Part shown: in pieces, positions 27,882 to 37,110 of the stretch | How the letters are laid out: the number at the start of each line of letters is the position of its first letter | How positions within the stretch are numbered: position 1 is the first letter of the stretch | Virus record (IMG/VR): IMGVR_UViG_3300020043_006108 | Span: 1 to 50,286 of that record | Source: a virus | Taxonomy: Duplodnaviria; Caudoviricetes | Strand: one strand, 5' to 3' | Length of the DNA stretch: 50,286 nucleotides | The notes under the pieces: generated by a model | Told to the model about the DNA's origin: nothing | The model's database searches: none | The model's input: only the letters and a program-made list of their open reading frames with translations | Translations under genes and position numbers: made by a program

Positions 27882-28382
27882 ATGAAAAATATTCTTTTCC
27901 TTATTTTCGGCCTGATTGGCCTTTTTGCAGTCGGATCGGCCTTCGACAGCCCTAACGCGCAGGGTGCCGCCCAAAGCGAAGATGATTACGCGGTTGTAGG
28001 CGGGAACGTTCAGTACAACTTTCGTCTGGACACAATCACAAACACAGAACTGGACACAATTCCGCTGGGAAAGCCCAACTCTAACAACATTGTTGCCAGT
28101 CCGGTAAATTTCATGTCGCTGTACACCTACGATATTGCGGTTCTCCGAACGAGCATTTCCGGTACGCACAACGTGAAAGTCTATCTTGACAGATCGTTGA
28201 CGACCACGACAGGCACCGCAACGGACTGGTTTACGATAGACAGCACATCAGCAACTACCGCCACACCGGCAATTATGCGAAGTACAGACGCAACCGGGGC
28301 AAAGTACCGGCTAAGAATTAAGGGTACCGGGACGCAATCCAGTTCATACAAAATCTGGACTTTGTGGAAGAAGAAGAACTGA
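27882..28382 (+). CDS. Capsid-adjacent beta-rich protein with N-terminal signal/TM segment
   Basis: MKNILFLIFGLIGLFAVGSA; W.TID and KYRLRI.GTGT beta-sandwich-like pattern. Confidence 0.75.
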   Translation: MKNILFLIFGLIGLFAVGSAFDSPNAQGAAQSEDDYAVVGGNVQYNFRLDTITNTELDTIPLGKPNSNNIVASPVNFMSLYTYDIAVLRTSISGTHNVKVYLDRSLTTTTGTATDWFTIDSTSATTATPAIMRSTDATGAKYRLRIKGTGTQSSSYKIWTLWKKKN

Positions 28383-28402
28383 ACAGGTAAACAAAAAAGG
28401 CT

Positions 28403-28440
28403 AACAGCCGGGGCGGGGCAACTGTCCCGGCTGTTTTATT
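28403..28440 (+). terminator. Intrinsic terminator
   Basis: AACAGCCGGG..CCCGGCTGTT followed by TTATT. Confidence 0.8.
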
Positions 28441-28448
28441 TCTATCAC

Positions 28449-29555
28449 ATGGCTTGTTACGATAACATCATAGGTTTATCCCGTGCCGATTGTCCATGCA
28501 TTGACACCGCACCCGGCGAAGGTTTCGACACGTCCTTATCAGGGCTTTACATGACCGACCTAACCCCGCTGGACAACCTGGAAGGACTGGAAGAGTGCGG
28601 CGTAGGTTCCGTGTGGGATATGCTGGAAAAGTCGAGAGAAGAAGCGGTTAAGATATTCGTTGCGGATACGAACGCAATGCTTATGAATACCTTTTCGTCT
28701 CGCAGGGAGAACTTTAAAGGCCAAATTGGTGAGGCGGTCGGAAGGGAAACGCTCGAAACCTCCAATAGTTACGCGGGCATCAGATTGGCTTTTAATCCTA
28801 TGCGCGGAGGCCGGATTAAAATAACCAAAATTGGAACTCTGTTTTCCGGGGCCGGTACTTTGACACTGAAGATTCACAACGCCCTAAACGTGCAGGTGTG
28901 GACGGGAGACGTAACGATCTCAAACGGTTGGACATTGAACACGCTGGAAACAGCGATTACGCTGCCGACCTTTGTGGAGTTTTCAAACACGCATGAATAC
29001 TTTTTGACCTACACTTACAACCCATCCAATAAGCCCAAACTGAACAAGATCAACTGCGGATGCGGGGGCTTTGTGCCGTGGTACGATCTTTCAAATCCGA
29101 TGTGGAGAAATCAGCATTCAGGCGGGAGGGCGTGGGCCGGTTGGATGATGTGCGGAGGATGGACGGGGAACACGCTTACGGACTTCGACCAGGCAACCGG
29201 CAATGACGGTACGATAATGAACGGGCTTGCGCTTCAAATCGAATTAGGGTGCGATATAGGGCAGGTTCTTTGCAATGGAACCTTAGATTTTGAAACCGAC
29301 CCTTTTGCAATGTCGATTGCCCACGCAATCAGGTACAAAGCGGATTCAATCATGCTTCAAAAACTGTTAGGTTCCACGGATTTAACCCGCTCCAATACAA
29401 TCAACCGGGAATACTACAAAGAGCGCAGAGGGGAAATGACGGGCCGATATAACAAGATGATTGACTATATCACACAATCCGCTTCGCTTCAAAATATCGA
29501 CTGCCTGACCTGCAAAGACCCGCATGGAATGATTGTAAAACCTGTATTGACGTGA
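28449..29555 (+). CDS. Virion structural protein (head-tail adaptor candidate)
   Basis: Lies between the capsid and neck genes; Cys-containing ends. Confidence 0.55.
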   Translation: MACYDNIIGLSRADCPCIDTAPGEGFDTSLSGLYMTDLTPLDNLEGLEECGVGSVWDMLEKSREEAVKIFVADTNAMLMNTFSSRRENFKGQIGEAVGRETLETSNSYAGIRLAFNPMRGGRIKITKIGTLFSGAGTLTLKIHNALNVQVWTGDVTISNGWTLNTLETAITLPTFVEFSNTHEYFLTYTYNPSNKPKLNKINCGCGGFVPWYDLSNPMWRNQHSGGRAWAGWMMCGGWTGNTLTDFDQATGNDGTIMNGLALQIELGCDIGQVLCNGTLDFETDPFAMSIAHAIRYKADSIMLQKLLGSTDLTRSNTINREYYKERRGEMTGRYNKMIDYITQSASLQNIDCLTCKDPHGMIVKPVLT

Positions 29556-30091
29556 CCATTGACGAACTGACAAACCGACTAACCAGGGGGCTGCAAAGGC
29601 TGGATTCTGAATTGGAGGCGCAGGTTTCCAAAGCCGGGGCCGACATTGTGGCGCTCGTTTCTAATAGGGTAATTCAGGAAGGAAAGAACGCGGAAGGAAA
29701 CAAGTTTTCGGACTATTCAAACACTGAAATACCCGCTTTTTTCTACTTCAATAAAAGTCGCAACGCATCGGGTGAGGCAGCGGTCAGGAAGAAAGCAAAG
29801 GACAAAGAGAAGATTTCATACAAAGAATTTCGGGGGTTGAATAACCTGAATGAATCGCCTAAAAATTTCGAGTTTACCGGAAGTATGTGGAGGGGTTTTG
29901 GGGTGACAAAAATAGAAAGAACGCCGAACGGGGCAACCCTCACCATCGGCGGAAAGAATCAGGATAGTGAAAGTAAAATAACGTGGAACTCCGAAAAAGA
30001 AAAAGTGCCGATCATCAAACCTTCGGCGCAGGAAATCCAGATTGTAAAAACGAATCTTCAAACGTGGGCAAACTCGCTATTTAATGGCTGA
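29552..30091 (+). CDS. Neck/virion morphogenesis protein (gpS/HK97 gp10-like)
   Basis: RVIQEGKNAEG..F..YS and NFEFTGSMW motifs. Confidence 0.6.
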   Translation: MTIDELTNRLTRGLQRLDSELEAQVSKAGADIVALVSNRVIQEGKNAEGNKFSDYSNTEIPAFFYFNKSRNASGEAAVRKKAKDKEKISYKEFRGLNNLNESPKNFEFTGSMWRGFGVTKIERTPNGATLTIGGKNQDSESKITWNSEKEKVPIIKPSAQEIQIVKTNLQTWANSLFNG

Positions 30092-32879
30092 AAAAGTAGA
30101 ATTAGACGTTGATTTAAGAAACCTCATTAACGAGGTAATTACACTGCGTTCCGAACTTGGCAAGGTTGGAACGAGTGTAGATAATGCGTTTAATTCAGAA
30201 TCGGCCAAAGGCGTAGCGGATGCCGTAAACGATCTACAAAAGGAGTATGCCGACCTAAAAAAGAGTGCCGACGTTCTGAAAACATCCCTAAAGGGCGCTA
30301 CCGACCCAACTGCAATAAAACTATATGCCCGGTCAATTGCCGAGTTGGAATTAGGAATGAAGCAACTCGAAACGGCGGGCAAAAAGGCGGGTATTTCCCT
30401 AAAGGACGTAAACAAACAGGCCAATACAGGAAAAGAGGTTTTTGAAGGGCTTTTTGGATCTTTCGCTAAAGCGGCGCTGATTTTAGGCGCTATTGACGTT
30501 GTTAAGAAGTTTGTCATATCGGCTGTTGACCTGGCGGAAAGCACCACAAAGGCCGCACGATCATTTGAAGCGTTTACGGGTAGCGCAGATAAGGCAAAAT
30601 CAATTGTTGCCGACCTCACGGGGTTTGCGAATCAGAAATTACTAAACACGCAGGATGTTTTAGATGCCGGTAAAGGGCTTTTGGCGTTTGGGGAAAACTC
30701 CGAAAATCTCGTTCCCGTACTTAGTAGAATCGCAGACATTGGAGCGGCCACGGGTAAGAATTTCAACGAACTGACCACTATCTACGGAAAGGCCAGAACG
30801 TCGGGCGTTTTATACGCCGAGGATATTAACCAATTGGTAGATGCTGGCATTCCGATTATCCAGGAATTTGCCAAACAAATGGGCGTTTCAAACGACCAGG
30901 TGAAAAAGTTGGCATCGGAGGGCAAAATCTCTTTTGAGGAACTCCAATTGGCGTTTTTCAACCTCACCAAAGAAGGCTCAAAATTTGCAGGACAGGCGCA
31001 ACTTGACGCGCAAACCGTCGGGGGTGCATGGCGGGGTTTAAAAAGCGATTTGCAGCCGGTAGTAGAAGAAATTGGCGGCTTCTTCAGTAATCTGTTTCAA
31101 CTCACCATCTTTAAAGCGCGGGGTTTTATTGCGGACATAAAAGCGCTATTTGGGAAGGGAGAAAAGATAACCCTTAATGCGGATTTGGCCGATAAGGCTG
31201 CTTTGGATGCCGATAGAAGAGACTATGAGGCGGCATTGAACGAACAAGAGAAACTGACCAAAGAGGCGGCAAAGCGCCGCGCCGAACTTAATAAGAAAAG
31301 TTCGGGCGATGCCTCAAAACTCGCAAAAGAATTTGAGCAAGCCAAAATAAACGCCCTGAAAGACGGCGAACAAAAAGAGATTGCAATAGAGGATTTGAGG
31401 TACAAAGAACTGCTAAAGCAGTTACGGAAATTCCACCTCGATACCACACAAGCCGAAGAGCATCACCAAACCAATCTGCTTCAAATAACGGCCAAATACG
31501 GGATTGAAAAAGAGTTAAAGCAACGCGCAGAATTGGAAAAACTACGCGCCGCTCGTGGAGAGTTTGAGAAGGAGCAGAACAAAGAAAGATTCGATGCGGG
31601 CAAAAAGAATCTTGATGAGATTAAGAATTTACAGGATTCCGAGATTGACCTGACAGAGCAGAATTTCAAAAACTTCATTTCTATTTTAGAGGCCAACGGA
31701 ACCGACAAAGCAAAAATCGAAGAGGCGCAATTCAACTTCGATAACATCATAAAAGAAAAAAGACTCCAAACTGAAATAGAATTTCAGGAAGGGCTTTTGG
31801 CGCTGATCGGAGACGGCGACGCAAATCAAACCGCTTTAATAAAAAACCAAATCGCCAAACTAAGGGCGCAATTGGATGGGCTGAGCATTGGCCCGGCGGC
31901 AAAAGAAGCGCCTAAAAAGAAATCGGCGCAAACCCTGGCTGACCTGTTCGGGATTGACGACGAATTTAAAGACCTGTTTAATAAGTCGATTAGCCAATTA
32001 GAGGAGGGGTTGAATCGCCTGACGGATGCAAGGGTAGAAGCAGCACAGGCGGCAGTAAAAGCGGCAGACGATGAAATTGATGCGGCAGAAAGAAAGGTTG
32101 ATAAAGCACAGGAAGCGCTCGACAGGGAAATTGAAATTGCTCAATTAGGTTTTGCTTCAGATGTAGATTTGCGAAACCAGCAACTTGCACAAGCGGAAGC
32201 GCAGGAAGCACTTGCAAAAGCCCAAAGAGAAAAGGCTTTGGCGGAACAAAAGAAGGCGCAAAAACTTCAATTGGTTTCGGATGCCACCGCACAGGCTTCC
32301 AATATTGCCGTATCTGTTTCCAATCTTATTAAGTCGTGGTCAACCCTTCCTTTCGGACTTGGCTTATTGGCGGCGTTCGCACAGGCGGCGAGTATCATTG
32401 CTCTTTTTGGAGGGATTAAAGCGAAATCAAGAGCAATAGCGGCACAAGCAAAGCACGGTATTACGGGCGAAATTGGAGAAAAGGGTATTGTGGCCGGGCC
32501 GTCGCACGATAACGGAGGCGTTCCTTTGGAGGTTGAGGGCGGTGAGTTTGTTTACCAAGACGGGAAACGAATTTCCGTTGTAAAAAAGTCAGCAACAAAA
32601 ACGCACTTCGATCTTTTGCAGGCAATCAACCGGGATGATCGGCCTTCTATGCTTCGGTATGTGGAAAAACTCACAGGGGGCATTTCAAGGGCCACGGACG
32701 GCAGTCAATCCGCAGGCGTGGGAACGAGCGACAAAGAAACGCACCGGCTATTGACAGAAAATAACCGACTTCAAAAGAAGATGGTCGAAATGAAGGAAGA
32801 TGAGTTGAAATACATCGACATGGGTAGTTATGTTCTTGTAAAAGGAAAGAACAAGGAATTTAAGATGAAAAAAGGATGA
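30084..32879 (+). CDS. Tail tape measure protein
   Basis: Tape-measure domain (L..IYGKARTSG.L..EDINQL.DAGIPI....AK.MGVS...VKKLASEGKISF), long coiled coil, C-terminal GPSH..GGV..EVEGGE. Confidence 0.9.
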   Translation: MAEKVELDVDLRNLINEVITLRSELGKVGTSVDNAFNSESAKGVADAVNDLQKEYADLKKSADVLKTSLKGATDPTAIKLYARSIAELELGMKQLETAGKKAGISLKDVNKQANTGKEVFEGLFGSFAKAALILGAIDVVKKFVISAVDLAESTTKAARSFEAFTGSADKAKSIVADLTGFANQKLLNTQDVLDAGKGLLAFGENSENLVPVLSRIADIGAATGKNFNELTTIYGKARTSGVLYAEDINQLVDAGIPIIQEFAKQMGVSNDQVKKLASEGKISFEELQLAFFNLTKEGSKFAGQAQLDAQTVGGAWRGLKSDLQPVVEEIGGFFSNLFQLTIFKARGFIADIKALFGKGEKITLNADLADKAALDADRRDYEAALNEQEKLTKEAAKRRAELNKKSSGDASKLAKEFEQAKINALKDGEQKEIAIEDLRYKELLKQLRKFHLDTTQAEEHHQTNLLQITAKYGIEKELKQRAELEKLRAARGEFEKEQNKERFDAGKKNLDEIKNLQDSEIDLTEQNFKNFISILEANGTDKAKIEEAQFNFDNIIKEKRLQTEIEFQEGLLALIGDGDANQTALIKNQIAKLRAQLDGLSIGPAAKEAPKKKSAQTLADLFGIDDEFKDLFNKSISQLEEGLNRLTDARVEAAQAAVKAADDEIDAAERKVDKAQEALDREIEIAQLGFASDVDLRNQQLAQAEAQEALAKAQREKALAEQKKAQKLQLVSDATAQASNIAVSVSNLIKSWSTLPFGLGLLAAFAQAASIIALFGGIKAKSRAIAAQAKHGITGEIGEKGIVAGPSHDNGGVPLEVEGGEFVYQDGKRISVVKKSATKTHFDLLQAINRDDRPSMLRYVEKLTGGISRATDGSQSAGVGTSDKETHRLLTENNRLQKKMVEMKEDELKYIDMGSYVLVKGKNKEFKMKKG

Positions 32880-34465
32880 GCCGAACCCGCGTAAAAATAT
32901 CATCTGATTCAATCGACGAAACAGAAATCTCCCCTATTTGGTTAGGTGAGTTTACCCGGTCAATTGTCCGGGATCGGGTGTATTATGAGCATGAATTAAA
33001 AGACGATTTGACCTTAACGGGCGACGATTTTGCTTTAATAAATGATCTGGAAAATCCCTGTGAGAAGGTTTTGGTGATTGTCGAAAGACTATGCGGCGAA
33101 GACTGGAATGAGTATTGGAGGGGGTCTTTTACTAAATTCGACACACAAAGAGACTTCGGGGGCATCAAAGTGCCGCAGTGCCTTTTAACCGCAAAAATAA
33201 AACCGGAAAACGCTTATACGTGCCTACAATTGGAATGGGATGACGAAATAAACTTTCATTCCGCATCGGCTGTGATTTCCGTAAAATCCACCGCAGGCAC
33301 TTATGAAATTTTGGGTAGTTGCACTTTTTGTACGGACACCTTAGACCCCGATCCGTGTGATGATTTGGTAGTTTCTGGTGAGGCGTGTTTAGAGTATCAA
33401 AACATTGCAGCAGACCCGCTTTGCGCCGGGGGTTACAGGGCAACATTTTCTTACCACAGGGTTATTGGGGTCGGGACACCAACAGAACCACCGCCATACG
33501 ATACCGGATGGACGCACCTTTCGGGAAACGATTGGTGGAAATGCCCCGATGATGAAAAAATACAAATCGGTGTTTTGGGGAACGGTCGAAGATTCGATGA
33601 CACGTTGGAATATATTTTGGCCCAAACCGGCTGCGGGTTAACCCTTCGCTCTCACTTCTTTGGAATAAACGCAACGCATGATGCCCCGCCGGATAACCTT
33701 GCTTATGACTACGCGACAGAAAACTACCAGGACATAACAATACATCAGAAGTCGGATGTAAAAAGACCCGACAGCACAAACCCGTCTTTGTCACAGGTTT
33801 GGAAGATGAAACTAAAGGACGTTCTTGACGACCTTCAGAACTTGCAACTTTTTTACAAGATCGACGGGACTGATTTAATTTTAGAGCACATCTCCTATTT
33901 TGACTCAAGCGCCGGGGCCGACTATACTGCAACCCCGATGAAATTGGCGCTTGAATACAATGCCGAAACACCTAAAAGAGAGTTGTTTAAATTTTGCGAC
34001 CCGGACGTTTCCCCATTATTCGCAGGGTTTCCAATAACCTACAATTGCGGAAACGGGGACAAGGAGCGAAGGATGAAACTATTCAATTTTGACGTGCCTT
34101 TTATTGTCGATCCGTTGAATCAGGACAAGGTTTCAGACGATCAATTTGTTTTGATCTGCAACAAGATCATTGAAGGGGAGTATATTATAATTGACAAAAA
34201 CTACCCCTTGAGGTGGTACAACATACACGCCAATTTATTCATGCACTACCGGCCCTTCATTTCGGGAACAATGAATGATGAGGCAACGACTTTTTTATCT
34301 ACTCAAAAGATGCAAAAGCAGCCTGAATTTGAAGTTGGCTTATGTTGTGATGAAGACTTTGATGCTACCAAATACATAACCACAAGATTAGGGCAAGGAA
34401 GGATTATGAACTCCGTGGAGAACATCAAAAAAGACAAATTAACCCTACAATTAAACTACGACTAA
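32876..34465 (+). CDS. Tail tip/hub protein candidate
   Basis: 529 aa directly after the tape measure gene. Confidence 0.6.
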   Translation: MSRTRVKISSDSIDETEISPIWLGEFTRSIVRDRVYYEHELKDDLTLTGDDFALINDLENPCEKVLVIVERLCGEDWNEYWRGSFTKFDTQRDFGGIKVPQCLLTAKIKPENAYTCLQLEWDDEINFHSASAVISVKSTAGTYEILGSCTFCTDTLDPDPCDDLVVSGEACLEYQNIAADPLCAGGYRATFSYHRVIGVGTPTEPPPYDTGWTHLSGNDWWKCPDDEKIQIGVLGNGRRFDDTLEYILAQTGCGLTLRSHFFGINATHDAPPDNLAYDYATENYQDITIHQKSDVKRPDSTNPSLSQVWKMKLKDVLDDLQNLQLFYKIDGTDLILEHISYFDSSAGADYTATPMKLALEYNAETPKRELFKFCDPDVSPLFAGFPITYNCGNGDKERRMKLFNFDVPFIVDPLNQDKVSDDQFVLICNKIIEGEYIIIDKNYPLRWYNIHANLFMHYRPFISGTMNDEATTFLSTQKMQKQPEFEVGLCCDEDFDATKYITTRLGQGRIMNSVENIKKDKLTLQLNYD

Positions 34466-35341
34466 ATGAGCAAGTACGGCCCAACGTATCTCCCGCAACC
34501 CCTGGCATTTTACCGGGAACTGACTTCGGGGGATAGAAGATACCAAAGCAGGAATTTAAGCCAGTGTTCCGGGGGTACTACATGGAGACTGACCATAGTA
34601 GGCGACTTCGATGATCCGCAGTTTCAATTTCCGCGTTTTGACCTGAAAATGAATTATGAATCCAGCGGGGTAACAGACTTCTTTTTGCGGTCGGTTGATG
34701 GGGTAACGAACGTCTCTTTGAATACGTCCTATTTTAGCGTAGCGTCTTTGGGGCTGGATTCGGAAGACGTGGAATGGTGGGCGATAACATTCAGCGGAAC
34801 TCCGATAGATTCCGCGCTCGATTCTATCCCGGAAAAAGAGTTTTATTTAACTGTGGAAGACGGGGCAAATGTGTGGTATAGTGAGACTTTTTGGTTTGCC
34901 GACGAAAGCACTGAGAACAGTTCCTTCCCTGAATCCTGCGGATCGGAGGGCTGGCTAAAAATCAGTTACTCAAATTCGGGGTGTATTATCAGTAATACTT
35001 TTTACAATGACGGGCCGTCTTTTGAGGTGTTTATTCCTGCCGATTTAGCGCAGCCAAATTACCTATACAAGCCCGATCCCTTGGATGACGGGGACGGCGG
35101 CACCCTGTACACTTTCAAGAGACTTGACAAGCGTTGGGAGTTTTACATAACCGCTCCCGAATACATGGCAGATGCCTTGACGGCTATTCAGATGTTCGCA
35201 AACGTCTCACTTACTTTCGTTGGAAATGATGTGATTATTTGCAGAGACGTAGAAGTCGGGGTTGACTGGATAAATGCCTGTGAGGCCAAAATCAAATTTA
35301 CATTCAGTGCTGAATTTCTGGCAAAGACGGCCTGTTGCTAA
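34466..35341 (+). CDS. Tail/baseplate protein candidate
   Basis: Acidic, beta-rich ORF in the tail module. Confidence 0.55.
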   Translation: MSKYGPTYLPQPLAFYRELTSGDRRYQSRNLSQCSGGTTWRLTIVGDFDDPQFQFPRFDLKMNYESSGVTDFFLRSVDGVTNVSLNTSYFSVASLGLDSEDVEWWAITFSGTPIDSALDSIPEKEFYLTVEDGANVWYSETFWFADESTENSSFPESCGSEGWLKISYSNSGCIISNTFYNDGPSFEVFIPADLAQPNYLYKPDPLDDGDGGTLYTFKRLDKRWEFYITAPEYMADALTAIQMFANVSLTFVGNDVIICRDVEVGVDWINACEAKIKFTFSAEFLAKTACC

Positions 35342-35344
35342 AAA

Positions 35345-35388
35345 TGCCTAAAATTAACGGATAGCGAGGGTTTTAGGCCCTAATTTTG
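35345..35388 (+). promoter_or_regulatory. Putative late promoter TGCCTAAAATT-N25-TAATTTTG
   Basis: TAnnTTTG box plus the upstream 11-mer shared with 25871. Confidence 0.5.
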
Positions 35389-35411
35389 AAACAAACAAGT
35401 AAACAAACACT

Positions 35412-35969
35412 ATGGCTATTTGCGTAACCACCATGCCCGCCGCCGGTGCGGATTTATGTAACTTCAATCTACATTTTGGCAGGATTGACGCTTTTTTATA
35501 TACCCGTGCAGAGGCGACCGACGTGCTGGATGACGCTACCGACGCGGCAGAGTGGGCAGACCGGATAAGCAACTCCTCGGCCCTTACGGCATCCGGTACG
35601 CCAGCGCCTATTCGTTACCATTACGTTATCGGAGAGTGGCCGCTACCCGAACGGACGGAAATCGAAGTAAGCGCAGGCCGCACTTCTTACAGCGCCGCAA
35701 AGCACTCCCTTACTCTGGATATTGACGACACGGGTACAACCAACACCGCGCTACTGGCAACCGAACAAGCCACCACAAAACGCCGTCGCGTCTGGATTAT
35801 CGCAGACGGTCAATTGCATGGCGGTGCAAGCGGCTACCTGATGGACGTAACCTATTTGGGCCTCATCATTCCACGGGTAAAAACTGAAAAGCAAATCATC
35901 CAGGTCGGTTTGAAGTACGAAGGAAACCAAACCGCACCTATTACGTCCGTCGTGCCCATCTTCTCATAA
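35412..35969 (+). CDS. Major tail tube protein candidate
   Basis: 185 aa, beta-rich; start context AAACAAACACTATGGCTAT is identical to that of the capsid gene. Confidence 0.6.
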   Translation: MAICVTTMPAAGADLCNFNLHFGRIDAFLYTRAEATDVLDDATDAAEWADRISNSSALTASGTPAPIRYHYVIGEWPLPERTEIEVSAGRTSYSAAKHSLTLDIDDTGTTNTALLATEQATTKRRRVWIIADGQLHGGASGYLMDVTYLGLIIPRVKTEKQIIQVGLKYEGNQTAPITSVVPIFS

Positions 35970-35970
35970 A

Positions 35971-36258
35971 ATGGTAAATACAGAGTGGACTATTAAGCAA
36001 ATAATGCGTTCACCTGTTGCACTTGTTTTTCTGGGGTTTCTGCTTACAGTTATCGCTGTGCTGTGCAGGGTGATTATGATTCAAGACAATAAAATTGACC
36101 GACAACAAACACAGTTGATTGTATGCAAAGAGGAAGCGGCCCTAATTATCGGGCAACAAAAGGACGAGTACATAAAAATGCTCATCAAGTTCCGTTCGGA
36201 GCAGGATTCCACCCGGTCAATGATCGGGAGGCTGAACGAAAAAAGAAAAAGAAAATGA
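35971..36258 (+). CDS. TM plus coiled-coil protein (holin/spanin-like)
   Basis: One N-terminal TM segment followed by a coiled coil. Confidence 0.55.
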   Translation: MVNTEWTIKQIMRSPVALVFLGFLLTVIAVLCRVIMIQDNKIDRQQTQLIVCKEEAALIIGQQKDEYIKMLIKFRSEQDSTRSMIGRLNEKRKRK

Positions 36259-36560
36259 GGTTATTGTTACTCTTTTTCCCGCTTTGCCTGATTGTGGCGG
36301 CTTTTGTCGTTCCGGTGAAAAATGCCGGTTCGGGCGTTTACGACATTGTGAACGACATGCACAACATGAACCGCAGCGATAGCGCCGAACTCCTTTGCAG
36401 GTCAATCGAGCAACACAACGATTTGATTTTGGTCGAAGTCAAAAACGCACAAGTAAAGAACAGTATTTCAAAATACAAGGCGATGAAAGACCCTCAAACA
36501 ATCGAGGTTATCAACGCCCTGGGTAAATCACAATACATAAAAAAGGATTCAATACAATGA
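36255..36560 (+). CDS. Membrane-anchored/exported protein (MRLLLLFFPLC...)
   Basis: Start reassigned to the ATGA overlap; hydrophobic N-terminus. Confidence 0.6.
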   Translation: MRLLLLFFPLCLIVAAFVVPVKNAGSGVYDIVNDMHNMNRSDSAELLCRSIEQHNDLILVEVKNAQVKNSISKYKAMKDPQTIEVINALGKSQYIKKDSIQ

Positions 36561-37048
36561 AAGCCGTAACAACAAAAAAGTTTGACACCAAGTCGCCCGG
36601 ATTCCTTTACTCCAGCATTGTAGCCGTTTTGACCGTCTTCGCCGTATCGGGCGTATCGTTTCCTAAAACGGTGGACGTTCTTGGCATGGAGATCACCACC
36701 TCGTTAAGCGCCGGGGGCATTTACGCCATTTTTGGCGTAGTGCTGACCTCTGTTGCGTTCCCGATTTACAACTATTTCAAAGGCGGCGGCTCCCTCACAT
36801 TGGCGGGCGTGTTCGGGAAAAGTTCTACATGGATCGCTTTGGGCGGCGCTATTCTTTCCGCGCTGCAAACGGCCAACTTTTCGCTTCCCGATGGAACGGT
36901 TGAGCAGATCGTTGGCGCGGTAAAAGTGCGCGATTGGATGGGGCTTGTTTCTATCCTGGCACTCACAGTGGGCAATACGCTGATCCGGTGGATAAAAGAC
37001 CGGCAGGCAGCGAACAAAATCAACGAACTGCTCACACCTGTTGAGTAG
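36557..37048 (+). CDS. Multi-TM holin-like protein made of two similar halves
   Basis: KS..(TM)..P...I....(TM)..K pattern repeated twice. Confidence 0.55.
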   Translation: MKAVTTKKFDTKSPGFLYSSIVAVLTVFAVSGVSFPKTVDVLGMEITTSLSAGGIYAIFGVVLTSVAFPIYNYFKGGGSLTLAGVFGKSSTWIALGGAILSALQTANFSLPDGTVEQIVGAVKVRDWMGLVSILALTVGNTLIRWIKDRQAANKINELLTPVE

Positions 37049-37062
37049 GGAAAGTGAAAAAC

Positions 37063-37099
37063 AAAGCCCCTTTCTGACTTGTTCGGGGAGGGGCTTTTT
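37063..37099 (+). terminator. Intrinsic terminator
   Basis: AAAGCCCC..GGGGCTTTTT. Confidence 0.75.
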
Positions 37100-37110
37100 A
37101 AATTTCAAGA

